From positions 960,001 through 1,024,000 of the forward strand of contig CAWJEN010000005.1 in NCBI GenBank assembly GCA_963841915.1: 64,000 bases of DNA, read 5' to 3'. Source of the stretch: an uncultured Planctomycetota bacterium. Lineage in GTDB: Bacteria; Planctomycetota; Phycisphaerae; Tepidisphaerales; Tepidisphaeraceae. Each line of letters begins with the position of its first letter. The first letter of the stretch is position 1. The position numbers were made by a program, and so were the translations under genes. Below are positions 28,209 through 37,581 of the stretch, piece after piece. A model generated the notes under the pieces. That model had not been told where the DNA came from and ran no database searches. It was given only the letters and a program-made list of their open reading frames with translations.

Positions 28209-28825
28209 ATCTTCAGCATCGCATACCACCGGCAAGCGGGCGGGCGTTCCTTGTTCGTCGGGGTCAGACGCTTCGCATCTGCGACCCATTCGGGAGCCAG
28301 GTGGCGGATCTGCTCTGCTACGGCCTCGAAGGCGACAAGGCGACGGCGGAGTACGTCAGTGGTGGCAGAAGCATCGACTACGCCAGCAAGCTCTACCTCA
28401 CGACGAACGACACGCTTTACAGCAACCGCAGCCGCCCGATGCTGAAGATCGGTCGCGACGACTGTGGGCGTCATGATTTCACGCTAACGCCTTGTTCTGC
28501 GGAGATGTATCGACTTTTGTATCAGGACGACGGCAGCCACCCGTCGTGCTTTGCCAATCTCCGCGACAGCCTGAGCGACTACGGCGTGACGCCGGACCAG
28601 ATCCCGACGACGTTCAATGTCTTTATGAACGTGACGTACGCCTCGGCAGAGGCGGCAGTGCCGGGAGCGATGACGATCGGGCCGCCGCTGAGCAAGGCCG
28701 GTGATGTAATAGAGTTTGCCGCAGTGATGGATCTTGTGGTCGGCTTGACTAGTTGTCCGAGCGAGACGACCAATCATGTTGAGAACGCCTCTGACTTGAA
28801 GCCGATTGACTATGAAGTGATTTGA
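28205..28825 (+). CDS. DUF1989 (urea carboxylase-associated/CgdA-B-like) protein
   Basis: GQTLRICDPFGSQVADL, LYSNRSRPML, DDCGRHD...PCS, HPSCFANL, FNVFMNV, PPLSKAGD, MDLVVGLTSCP; TTG start overlaps the upstream TGA. Confidence 0.88.
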   Translation: MNLQHRIPPASGRAFLVRRGQTLRICDPFGSQVADLLCYGLEGDKATAEYVSGGRSIDYASKLYLTTNDTLYSNRSRPMLKIGRDDCGRHDFTLTPCSAEMYRLLYQDDGSHPSCFANLRDSLSDYGVTPDQIPTTFNVFMNVTYASAEAAVPGAMTIGPPLSKAGDVIEFAAVMDLVVGLTSCPSETTNHVENASDLKPIDYEVI

Positions 28826-28909
28826 TCGCCATAGTTAGATCTGCCTAGGGTTTAGCGTCCGTTCGCATGGGGTGGCCGGACGTCGTATACTCATTACGGC
28901 GGAGGCCAC

Positions 28910-29476
28910 TTGAGTCTGGAAGACGACAACGACAGCGACCACGAGTCAGAAGAACCGCAGCGGCCGACACCTGACGACGATGCGGTGCTCGGCATGGACC
29001 AGCCCGATGGCGGCCCCGGTGGCATCGGCAACGAATTGGGCAGAAAGCGTCCGTACGACCATCGCGAGCAGGAGGCGTTTCTAAACATCCTCAGGACCGC
29101 CAGCCATATCAAGCGGCCGTTCGATCGGCTGTTCCGGGCCCACGACATCAGCCACACGCTGTACAACGTGCTACGCATCATCGCCGGGCACGCACCCAAA
29201 GGAGTGACGCGTCAGGTCATCGGACAACAGCTCATCAGCCAGATGCCCGATGTCACACGGCTCATTATCAGCCTGCACCGGCAAGGTTTGGTGTACGAGG
29301 TCGATTGCACCGATGACGCCAGGCGGTCGTTCTTGCACCTGACGGATGCTGGAACCGATCGCCTGGCCGTGCTTGACCCGCTCGTGGTGGATCTGCACAG
29401 TCGGCAACTCGGTCACATCGAGGCGAAGGATCTGCAGCGCCTCTGCGCACTGCTGGACCGTTGCCGAATGACGTGA
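28910..29476 (+). CDS. MarR family transcriptional regulator
   Basis: QEAFLNILRTA, YNVLRII, PDVTRLI, DARR...LTDAG; GGAGG before TTG. Confidence 0.88.
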   Translation: MSLEDDNDSDHESEEPQRPTPDDDAVLGMDQPDGGPGGIGNELGRKRPYDHREQEAFLNILRTASHIKRPFDRLFRAHDISHTLYNVLRIIAGHAPKGVTRQVIGQQLISQMPDVTRLIISLHRQGLVYEVDCTDDARRSFLHLTDAGTDRLAVLDPLVVDLHSRQLGHIEAKDLQRLCALLDRCRMT

Positions 29477-29668
29477 GCCTTGACCAATGTCCACTGCGTC
29501 AGCCTGTCGCGGAACATTTCGCCCCGCGACACCTCTTGCGGCGTCACACCCGATACCGATACCCTCTCATGCCGGCTGCGCATGGATGTGCTGCCCTCAA
29601 CGCCTGACGTTCGGCCTTTGGTCGAAGCTCCGGGCTGACCCCGCTCCCGCGATGGGAAGAAGGTTTCG

Positions 29669-30427
29669 ATGTTTCATGCCCGCCTTGGCGTCCTCGGACG
29701 GATCGCCAGCCCGCTCCTCATCACCCTCGCAACAGCTGCATTGACAGTCGGTTGCGCAACGTCGTCTCGTTTTGCCGACGGTCGCTCGGATGTGGTCGGT
29801 GACCCGATTGACCTGGACGCCGGCACCCGCTACGTGCGATCCAATGACGCGCCGGCATCCGTGTATGTGCCACCGGCGGCCGCGCTGGAGCAGGCGACGC
29901 TGGCCGGTCGTGTGCCGGCATCCTGGCAACCGCGGGTTCAGGCACGGCCTTGGCAGTTCGTCGTTGTCCACCATTCGGCCACACACACCGGCGGGGCCAA
30001 TCGATTCGACGGCATGCACCGTGGCAACGGTTGGGACGAGCTGGGGTACCACTTTGTCATCGGTAACGGCACCGACACCCCTGACGGTGCCGTCGAAGTC
30101 GGCCCCCGCTGGACCAAGCAAAAGCACGGCGCCCACGCGAAGACGGCCGACAACCGCTTTAACGAGCTGGGCGTCGGCATTTGCCTCGTCGGCAACTTCG
30201 ACCAGGAACAGCCGACTCGCAGACAGATGCACAGCCTGGCGGTCCTGACGGCTCACCTCATGCAGCAGTATCACATTCCCCCGGGCCGCGTGATCGGGCA
30301 CGGTGACACGAAGCCGACCGCCTGCCCGGGAATGAATCTGCACGGCCAGCTGGCGAATCTGCGTCGCACCGCCGCCGGCCTTGCCTCCACGGGTAACACG
30401 CCCTCCGGCCACGCCGCGGTACGCTGA
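29669..30427 (+). CDS. N-acetylmuramoyl-L-alanine amidase (Amidase_2/PGRP-like), probable lipoprotein
   Basis: VVVHHSAT, GWDELGYHFVIGNG, GAHA, GICLVGNF, IGHGD, TACPG; lipobox-like LTVGC. Confidence 0.9.
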   Translation: MFHARLGVLGRIASPLLITLATAALTVGCATSSRFADGRSDVVGDPIDLDAGTRYVRSNDAPASVYVPPAAALEQATLAGRVPASWQPRVQARPWQFVVVHHSATHTGGANRFDGMHRGNGWDELGYHFVIGNGTDTPDGAVEVGPRWTKQKHGAHAKTADNRFNELGVGICLVGNFDQEQPTRRQMHSLAVLTAHLMQQYHIPPGRVIGHGDTKPTACPGMNLHGQLANLRRTAAGLASTGNTPSGHAAVR

Positions 30428-30497
30428 TGGACGGTTGCCGTCCTGCCATACGATGGCTATCGTGTCGGCCCGCCACTCCCCGGAGGCGGAACGACTG

Positions 30498-30571
30498 CGG
30501 GATGTAGCTCAGCTTGGTAGAGCGCTGTCTTCGGGAGGCAGAGGTCGCAGGTTCGAATCCTGTCATCCCGA
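30498..30571 (+). tRNA. tRNA-Pro(CGG)
   Basis: CGGGATGTAGCTCAGCTTGGTAGAGCGCTGTCTTCGGGAGGCAGAGGTCGCAGGTTCGAATCCTGTCATCCCGA; no CCA. Confidence 0.96.
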
Positions 30572-30594
30572 TCAGGAAGCTTCAAAGTCTGCAG

Positions 30595-30623
30595 AGCCCA
30601 CGGCGTCGTCCGTGGGCTTTCTT
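30595..30623 (+). terminator. Rho-independent terminator after tRNA-Pro
   Basis: agcccacgg-cgtcgt-ccgtgggct-ttctt. Confidence 0.75.
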
Positions 30624-30690
30624 CGTGGTCGGGGAGTCGGGCTGAAAACGCGAATTAGCCGACGCTGCAAGCGAGTCACCACTCCGGCCT

Positions 30691-30713
30691 GGAACATGTT
30701 CCGGAACGTCCCG
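30691..30713. promoter_or_regulatory. Candidate LacI-family operator(s)
   Basis: Perfect palindrome ggaacatgttcc overlapping cggaacgtcccg; a third ggaac at 30723; directly upstream of the LacI gene. Confidence 0.5.
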
Positions 30714-30786
30714 TAGATTCTCGGAACAATTCGTGACATTCTCTCTGTGCTGCGGTATCTTCCATCTTCACGTATCTGGAGGAATC

Positions 30787-31821
30787 GTGGCATCCATTCG
30801 ATCGATAGCAGCCAAGACCAACACCTCGCCCGCCACCGTTAGTCGGGCGCTCAACAACCATCCAGAGGTGGAGCACGGCACTCGGCAGCGGGTTCTGGAA
30901 GCGGCACGCGAAGCAGGCTATCTCCCCAATGTTGCCCGCGGACCTGAGTCGATGACGGTCGCGGTCATGCAGACGTCGCCCAGCGGCTTCTACGAGTACG
31001 ACGCGATGCTCGTCCGCGGGCTCATCCGGTCGCTGGGGGACCACAAGCTCAGCATCGTCTGGCTGGACATGTTCCGGGACAAGATGAAACAGGAGTCTTT
31101 CGGTCAGTTCTTCCACCGCAGGGGCGTGCGAGGCGTGGTGCTGCGGGCCTTCGGTGATTCGCGGCAGATCGTCGAGCAGGTAGCCGACGCGGGTGTGAAA
31201 CTCATTGCCATCGGCGAAAAGTTTGATCGCCCCGAGATCAACTGGGTCCGCATCAACGCCCGCAAAGAAAGCCAGCGTGCCGTCGAGCATCTGATCGAGA
31301 TGGGACACAAGCGGCTGGCGATCGTGACGCACGAACGACCGACGAGCGATCATGCAGACCGCAAGCTGGGCTATCGCGAAGCACTCGACGCGGCGGGTAT
31401 TGCCTACGACGAACATCTGGTGGTCCGCTCGACACCCTCACCCGACGCGGGTGCGGCGGCGATGAACCGCTTGCTTTCGCTGCCCCAGCCCCCGACGGGC
31501 GTCTACATCACCGATCCACCGACGACGCTGGGCGCGATCTACCGCTGCCACGAGCTGGGGATCAGGATTCCGGCCGACCTGTCGATCATCGGCTTTGATG
31601 ATGACCGTGTGCGGCAGACGACGTGGCCCAAGTACTCGGCCGTCCTTCAGAACACGACGCAACTCGGTGCCGATGCCGGCACGTGGATGGCGCGTCACCT
31701 GGCGGGTCAGACCCAAGAGCCGCTGCAAATGGAGTTTCAAGCGTCCTTCGAAGTGCTCAATTCGACCGGTCGTCCGCCCCCAAAGGCCATACGCGTCCTG
31801 CCCGACGGCACCCGTACCTGA
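30787..31821 (+). CDS. LacI family transcriptional regulator
   Basis: SIRSIAAKTNTSPATVSRALN HTH, GHKRLA, IPADLSIIGFDD; GGAGG SD. Confidence 0.93.
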   Translation: MASIRSIAAKTNTSPATVSRALNNHPEVEHGTRQRVLEAAREAGYLPNVARGPESMTVAVMQTSPSGFYEYDAMLVRGLIRSLGDHKLSIVWLDMFRDKMKQESFGQFFHRRGVRGVVLRAFGDSRQIVEQVADAGVKLIAIGEKFDRPEINWVRINARKESQRAVEHLIEMGHKRLAIVTHERPTSDHADRKLGYREALDAAGIAYDEHLVVRSTPSPDAGAAAMNRLLSLPQPPTGVYITDPPTTLGAIYRCHELGIRIPADLSIIGFDDDRVRQTTWPKYSAVLQNTTQLGADAGTWMARHLAGQTQEPLQMEFQASFEVLNSTGRPPPKAIRVLPDGTRT

Positions 31822-31893
31822 ACCTGCCTTTGTGGCCGACGGACCCGCTGCTTCGACTGATCTACACATCCGACTTCTGCCTGAGGAGGCACC

Positions 31894-32808
31894 ATGACCC
31901 TGTTCAACTCTGCATCCCGTCGCGCCTTTACGCTCGTCGAGCTCCTGGTGGTCATTGGCATCATCGCGCTGCTGATCAGCATTCTGCTGCCGACACTGAA
32001 CCGGGCCAGAGGGTCGGCGACGAGCATCAAGTGCGCGTCGAATTTGCGGAGCGTCGGCCAGGGTCTGGCGATCTATGCCAATACCTACGGCGGTCAGTTG
32101 CCGTTCGGTTACTGGGACGGCACAGCGCCGGGCACCGGTGGTTACAACGCAGACGCAGCTTCCGACTGGACGCTCCTCGTCAACGGAGAGCTCGACGATT
32201 CGGACGGTTCCACCGTCGCAACAGCCACGCGGACCGGCAACATGCGCGAGTTCTTCCGCTGCCCCGTCGCACCGGTCGAAGCCACAGACGTCATCGCCCC
32301 TACATACTCGGCCCACCCGCGGCTCATGCCCGACTTGGACATGCGTGATGCTTACGCCGAGCAGAGCGCCGCGGGTCCGAAGTACCTCAAGCCGTACAAG
32401 CTTGCTCAGATCAAGGAGCCGACGGAGAAGGCCAACGTCTTCTGCGCCAGCATCCAGCCCGACGGCGGCGGTACGGGTCGCTACGCCGCCTCGCCGCACG
32501 CATACCGGCTCGACGCCAGTCGCATTTCGCCCGGTTACCCCGTCGGGATCACCACGTGGCTGACCGACAACTACAACGTCGCGACCGTCACGTACCTGCG
32601 GCCCGACGCGAACCTCGATATCTCAGCCGCCAACCCCGCGTCGCTCAACACCGATACGCCTGAGAACTGGGGCAACATCCGCTACCGCCACGGCGACGAC
32701 GACAAGACCAACGTCCTGTTCGTCGATGGCCACACCAGCTCGTTCACCTTCAAAGACGCGACCGAGGGTCAGCTCAAGCGCAACAACGTCAACGTCTCGG
32801 CCAACTAA
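31894..32808 (+). CDS. Prepilin-type N-methylation/DUF1559 protein with H-X9-DG-like motif
   Basis: RRA|FTLVELLVVIGIIALLISILLPTL, CASNLR, RYRH...NVLFVDGH. Confidence 0.92.
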   Translation: MTLFNSASRRAFTLVELLVVIGIIALLISILLPTLNRARGSATSIKCASNLRSVGQGLAIYANTYGGQLPFGYWDGTAPGTGGYNADAASDWTLLVNGELDDSDGSTVATATRTGNMREFFRCPVAPVEATDVIAPTYSAHPRLMPDLDMRDAYAEQSAAGPKYLKPYKLAQIKEPTEKANVFCASIQPDGGGTGRYAASPHAYRLDASRISPGYPVGITTWLTDNYNVATVTYLRPDANLDISAANPASLNTDTPENWGNIRYRHGDDDKTNVLFVDGHTSSFTFKDATEGQLKRNNVNVSAN

Positions 32809-32829
32809 CCCACGTTCGGAGGAGTCGAC

Positions 32830-34578
32830 ATGAAGTTCTTTTTAAGCACCTTGTGCCTCGCCGCCCTCGCGGCAGGAAGCACGGCCACCATTGCCGCTGA
32901 GGGCGAAACGCTCTACGCCGGCGTCGAAAACCTTCAGCGCAGCGGCACGTTGTCCGCCGATGAGGCGACCGTGGAGACCGTCGCTGTCGAGGGTGAATCA
33001 TTCACCACGGCTCGTCGCGTGACGACCCACGGCGCACCAAAGGAGCGGTGGGACATCGCGTTGGCCGAGGTCATTGATTTCGACGTCAAGCAGGGCGATG
33101 TCATCGCGCTGAGCTTCTCTGCCCGTACGGCAGAAGCGATGACCGAGCAGGGGCTGGTCTCGGTCGCGCTCGAGCAGAACTTCGAGCCGCACCGCAAGGT
33201 GGTCTCGGCCCAATTCGGCCCGCCCCGCGGGCAATGGCAGCAATATGACGTGCCGGTGGTCGCCCAGTACGACCTCGACGCCGGCGCTGCACAGGTGACG
33301 TTCCATCTTGGGTTCTCGCAGCAGACCGTTGATATCGCTGATCTGCGGATCGTCCGCTATGCGGCAGGGACCGACGTCACGACGCTGCCACGAACGCCCT
33401 TGTACTACCGCGGCATGGAAGACGATGCCGCCTGGCGAGTCGCGGCATTGGAACGGATCGAAGCTCATCGCAAGGCCGACCTGAAGATCGTCGTCATCAA
33501 CGCAGCCGGTAAGCCAATGGCGGATCAAGAGGTTCAGGTGACGATGGACCGGCTCGACTTCCAGCTCGGTGCCGCCGTGTCAGCCCGGGCGATCATCAGT
33601 TCTGGTGCGAAGGAAGACACGTACCGCAAGGTCATAGCTGATCATTTCAACACGATTGTCTTTGAAAACGACCTGAAGTGGCACGAAGACGCGGCGCGGC
33701 TCGACGACACGGAAGAGGCCATCGCATGGCTTGCCGAACGCGACATCGCCGTCCGCGGCCACGTGTTGTTGTGGCCGTCATATCGCTTCACGCCCAAGTT
33801 CCTCCAGGATCTTTCGCCTGAGGAAGTCCAGGCCGCGATCTACGACCGAATCGACACGCTCAGCGCCCGCTTCGCCGGCAGGCTCGTCGACTGGGACGTC
33901 ATCAACGAGCCGTACAACAACACGGACTACGAGAAACTGCTGGGCCGCGAGCTGTTCGTCGAGTGCTTCAAGCGGGCCCGCGCGGGCGATCCCCATGCCC
34001 GTCTGTTCCTCAACGACTGGGGCATCCTGTCGTCAGGCAACAAGACCGACACGGACCACCAGCAGCACTTCTACGACATGGTCCGCTACCTGCAGGACAA
34101 CGACGCCCCGATCGACGGTATCGGGTTTCAAGGCCACTTTGCGAGCACGCTGACGGAGCCGGAAAACCTGCTGGCGATCTATGACCGGTTTGCAGACTTG
34201 GGCCTGCCGATCGTGGTCTCGGAGTTCGACATCAGCATCGGCGACCGTGACGTGCAGGCGTCGTACATGCGGGACTTTCTGACGGCGGCGTTCAGCCACC
34301 GGTCCGTCGATGGCGTGCTGCAGTGGGGCTTCTACGAGAACCGCCACTGGCAGCCGCAGGCGGCGCTGTACGACAAGGACTGGAATCTGCTGCCGCACGG
34401 CAAGGTGTTCCTCGACCTGCTCGACGAATGGCGTACCGACGCCACGCTCACCACCGATAACGACGGCACCGCCACCCTGCGGGCTTACCGCGGCAACTAC
34501 ACGATCCAAATGGGACAACAGCGGGAAACGTTCACGCTGCCCGAGGAGGGTGCGACGCTCACGCTCACGATCCAGTGA
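32830..34578 (+). CDS. GH10 endo-1,4-beta-xylanase-like hydrolase with N-terminal CBM-like domain, secreted
   Basis: Signal peptide; FENDLKW, RGHVLLW, WDVINE, IDGIGFQGH, VSEFD. Confidence 0.9.
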   Translation: MKFFLSTLCLAALAAGSTATIAAEGETLYAGVENLQRSGTLSADEATVETVAVEGESFTTARRVTTHGAPKERWDIALAEVIDFDVKQGDVIALSFSARTAEAMTEQGLVSVALEQNFEPHRKVVSAQFGPPRGQWQQYDVPVVAQYDLDAGAAQVTFHLGFSQQTVDIADLRIVRYAAGTDVTTLPRTPLYYRGMEDDAAWRVAALERIEAHRKADLKIVVINAAGKPMADQEVQVTMDRLDFQLGAAVSARAIISSGAKEDTYRKVIADHFNTIVFENDLKWHEDAARLDDTEEAIAWLAERDIAVRGHVLLWPSYRFTPKFLQDLSPEEVQAAIYDRIDTLSARFAGRLVDWDVINEPYNNTDYEKLLGRELFVECFKRARAGDPHARLFLNDWGILSSGNKTDTDHQQHFYDMVRYLQDNDAPIDGIGFQGHFASTLTEPENLLAIYDRFADLGLPIVVSEFDISIGDRDVQASYMRDFLTAAFSHRSVDGVLQWGFYENRHWQPQAALYDKDWNLLPHGKVFLDLLDEWRTDATLTTDNDGTATLRAYRGNYTIQMGQQRETFTLPEEGATLTLTIQ

Positions 34579-34637
34579 GCGACGCACCGGCATCTATCTG
34601 TGGCCGATCCGTCGGCCGTTCAAAGGAGAAACGAACC

Positions 34638-35321
34638 ATGCGCAACACCATCCTGCTGACCCTCTCGCTCGCCACCGCGACGCTAACCCCGGCCGCTTCG
34701 GCTGACATCATTGCCGCCTACGACTTCGGCACGCCAAGCGCCAGCACCCTCGGCGCTACGACAATCGATGACGACGCGACCGCTACGTCCTTTACCGGCA
34801 GTCCCACGGTCAACGGCCAAGCCACCTCCGTCGTCGGCACGTCGCAGAACCAGGGCTACCCCGACGAGCCGTTTTTCATCATCAGCCGCGCCAGCACCAC
34901 GGAAGGGTCCGACCCGGCCAACGTCTACTTCGAGTTCACCGTTGCCGCCGATGCCGGCTTTGAGCTGGATCTGACGAGCCTCGACTTCGATGCCGCCCGT
35001 GGCGGCGGTGCAACGCCCCGGACCTACGACATCTTTACAAGCGTCGACGGCTTTGCGACCAGCGTCACAGGCGGCCCGGTTGAACTGGTAACTGCACGGC
35101 CCAACTTCACACCGATCAGCATCGACCTCACTGACGCGGCGTATCAGGATCTGTCGACGATTACGTTCCGCGTGAACATCTTCGCCCCGAACCCTGGCCA
35201 GAACATTGATTTTGACAACGTTGTCGTCAACGGCACGGTTGCCGCCGTTCCGGAGCCGGCCGCGATGTCGGCCGTCGGTGCCGGCCTCATGCTGGTTGGC
35301 CTGCGTCGCCGTGCTCACTGA
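34638..35321 (+). CDS. PEP-CTERM sorting domain protein
   Basis: Signal peptide; C-terminus VPEPAAMSAVGAGLMLVGLRRRAH; AAGGAG SD. Confidence 0.92.
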   Translation: MRNTILLTLSLATATLTPAASADIIAAYDFGTPSASTLGATTIDDDATATSFTGSPTVNGQATSVVGTSQNQGYPDEPFFIISRASTTEGSDPANVYFEFTVAADAGFELDLTSLDFDAARGGGATPRTYDIFTSVDGFATSVTGGPVELVTARPNFTPISIDLTDAAYQDLSTITFRVNIFAPNPGQNIDFDNVVVNGTVAAVPEPAAMSAVGAGLMLVGLRRRAH

Positions 35322-35343
35322 GCAAGGGTTTACCATTATCCTC

Positions 35344-35385
35344 AAAGAGGACGGCGTCCTTCGCGCGGGAAGGACGCCGTTCTTT
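35344..35385. terminator. Bidirectional terminator
   Basis: aaagaggacggcgtccttc-gcgcgg-gaaggacgccgttcttt between convergent genes. Confidence 0.8.
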
Positions 35386-35387
35386 GA

Positions 35388-36278
35388 TTACTGCCGTGGC
35401 AGCAGAATTGTGAACGTCGCTCCACCACCTGCCGAACTGTTGGCGGTGACGGTGCCGTCGTGGGCGTCGATGATGCGACGCGTGATGGCCAAGCCCAGTC
35501 CCGTGCCGCCTTTGCGACGGGTGTAGTACGGGTCGAACAAGCGGGGCAGATCATTGGCAGCGATGCCGGGGCCGGTGTCGCTGACGTCTATTCGAACGGC
35601 CGCTCGCGTGGGCGGTGACAGGCGGTCAGGCCGCACCGTCAGCGTCACGCTGCCACCCTCGGGCGTAAACTGGATCGCGTTGAGCAGCAGATTCAACAGC
35701 GCCTGCCGAATCAGATTCTCGTCGACCTTGGCCGTCAGACTTGAGGCGTCGCCGATTGTCTTGGCGGTGACGCGCACCCTGGCTGCCGACGCCTGCGGCT
35801 CGAGGAAGTCGATGAGATCCTCGGCCACCTCGGCCAGCGGCGTGGGCTTGCGCTCAGGCTCGATGCGGCCGGCGTAGCGGAGGAAGCCGTCGAGAATTTC
35901 GCGGAGTCGGCCTGCTTCTTTGGTGACACCGTCAAGCCGCCGCCTCATGCGGCCGAGCACCTTCTTGCGTTCCTCCAGCTCGTCCGATCGCGGGACTGCC
36001 AGTCGGTCCATGCGGTCGTCGAGCTGCTCGCTGAGCAACTGCAGGTTGAGCTGCAGTGTGCTGAGCGGGTTCTTGATTTCGTGGGCGAGGCCGGCCGTGA
36101 GCATGCCGAGCTCGCCGAGCCGTTCTGCCCGGGCGGTACGGCGTTCAAGCTGAACGAATTTGCAAACGACGAAGATCGCCCCGATGCCGGCCGCGGCGAG
36201 CGTGACGGCCGCACCGACAATAAGGCCGTACCCGAAGGCGGCGGCAAGAACGGGCTGACTCAGGAAAGGAAGCGACAA
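35388..36278 (-). CDS. Sensor histidine kinase (single TM, HisKA + HATPase)
   Basis: AGLAHEIKNPL, NLLLNA, DTGPGI, LFDPYYT, GTGLGL. Confidence 0.93.
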   Translation of the reverse strand: MSLPFLSQPVLAAAFGYGLIVGAAVTLAAAGIGAIFVVCKFVQLERRTARAERLGELGMLTAGLAHEIKNPLSTLQLNLQLLSEQLDDRMDRLAVPRSDELEERKKVLGRMRRRLDGVTKEAGRLREILDGFLRYAGRIEPERKPTPLAEVAEDLIDFLEPQASAARVRVTAKTIGDASSLTAKVDENLIRQALLNLLLNAIQFTPEGGSVTLTVRPDRLSPPTRAAVRIDVSDTGPGIAANDLPRLFDPYYTRRKGGTGLGLAITRRIIDAHDGTVTANSSAGGGATFTILLPRQ

Positions 36279-36307
36279 CGCGAGACGCTAGAAGGCAAGA
36301 GCCGGCT

Positions 36308-36937
36308 TTAACCGACGTAGCCGTCATCGTCGTCATCGACCGGCAGGCCGTGGTCGATCTGCGACCGACCGACGGAGCCGACGGTCGAGCGGGTGGGTGC
36401 GCTACGGCCGTGTTCTTCGGGCGGTGCTTCGATGGAGGGGCGACGGCCGTAGCCGTTGCCGCCACCGCTGTTGGCGTAGTTGCCGTTCCCACCGTCGTTG
36501 CGGCGGGGCTTGTCGCGATGGCCTCCTTGTTTAGAGGCGGACTTGAAGCCGCCGTGCTGCTTGGCCGGGCCTTGTTGTGGCTGCCGTTTTGCGGGGCGAT
36601 CGGACTCCTGCTGGGGCTTCTTTTCGGACGGTTCCGGCGGGTCGAGGCGGCGGACGTCGATCGCGTGAAACCCTTTGTCGCCGCGACTCATGGAGTAGCT
36701 GACGGGCTCGCCGTCTTTAAGGGTGCGAAAGCCGTTGCCCCCGATGGCCGAGAAGTGAACGAAGACGTCTTCACCTTCGGGCCCGCCGATAAAGCCGAAC
36801 CCTTTCTTGACGTCGAACCACTTTACTTCGCCTTCGACACGTTCCTCATCGCCTTGGCTGTCATTGCTGGCGTGGTCGGTGGTAACGGCTGCTTCGGCCG
36901 ACACGGCCGACGATTCGGTTGTTTCTTCTTGCGGCAT
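36308..36937 (-). CDS. Cold-shock domain protein with long disordered extensions
   Basis: GEVKWFDVKKGFGFI (RNP1), DVFVHFSAI (RNP2); acidic N-terminus and G/N/Q-rich C-terminus. Confidence 0.9.
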   Translation of the reverse strand: MPQEETTESSAVSAEAAVTTDHASNDSQGDEERVEGEVKWFDVKKGFGFIGGPEGEDVFVHFSAIGGNGFRTLKDGEPVSYSMSRGDKGFHAIDVRRLDPPEPSEKKPQQESDRPAKRQPQQGPAKQHGGFKSASKQGGHRDKPRRNDGGNGNYANSGGGNGYGRRPSIEAPPEEHGRSAPTRSTVGSVGRSQIDHGLPVDDDDDGYVG

Positions 36938-37145
36938 TTGGAAATCCTCGGGCAAAGCGCCCGCTTTTGCTACTGATGCTGACCGGTCCTTATAGCCCCA
37001 CGTCTCGGCCTCGTCTTGTCAGCGTAAGCCTTTGCTGCTGCGCCGCAAGGTCTTCACCACCTGGCACTGCAAGAAGCCGCCTCTGGATCATCGATCTCTT
37101 TGCCCGACCAGCACTTTGTCCCGCTCACCAGCTGCCTTCACCCGC

Positions 37146-37565
37146 GTGACCGATTTGCACCCGACCCATCCGTTAGTCCCGTCTGCTCCCACTCGGGGCC
37201 GGATCCTGCTTGTCGAGGACGAGCGGTCCACCCGCGACGCAATGACGCTTTTGCTGAGACGAAACGGCTGGACGACGGCTCCTGCCGAGGACGTGTCTCA
37301 AGCGTTGTCTGCTGTGTCCAACGGTGAGGAGTTTGAGGCGGTCATCATCGACGTGCATCTGCCCGACGGTGACGGCATTGAATTGGCCCGTAAGATCCGC
37401 AAGACCGTCGGCGACGGACCACGCATCGTCATACTCAGCGGTGACCACTCCGTCACGACCCTCGCTCGCCTTAATGACGTCGGCGTCGATCGCTTCATCG
37501 GCAAGCCGCTCAGTTTCGACGCCCTGCTGCATGCCCTCGACGGTGGCGGGCCAACGGACGAGTAA
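37146..37565 (+). CDS. Single-domain response regulator (REC)
   Basis: ILLVEDE, IDVHLPDGDGIEL, ILSG, GKP. Confidence 0.88.
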   Translation: MTDLHPTHPLVPSAPTRGRILLVEDERSTRDAMTLLLRRNGWTTAPAEDVSQALSAVSNGEEFEAVIIDVHLPDGDGIELARKIRKTVGDGPRIVILSGDHSVTTLARLNDVGVDRFIGKPLSFDALLHALDGGGPTDE

Positions 37566-37581
37566 GCCCTACGCTGACGCC

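Noticed and set aside
27057..35385. tRNA-anchored integrative element
   Set aside because: No integrase and no duplicated tRNA 3' end (att) found for Ala, Pro or Glu.
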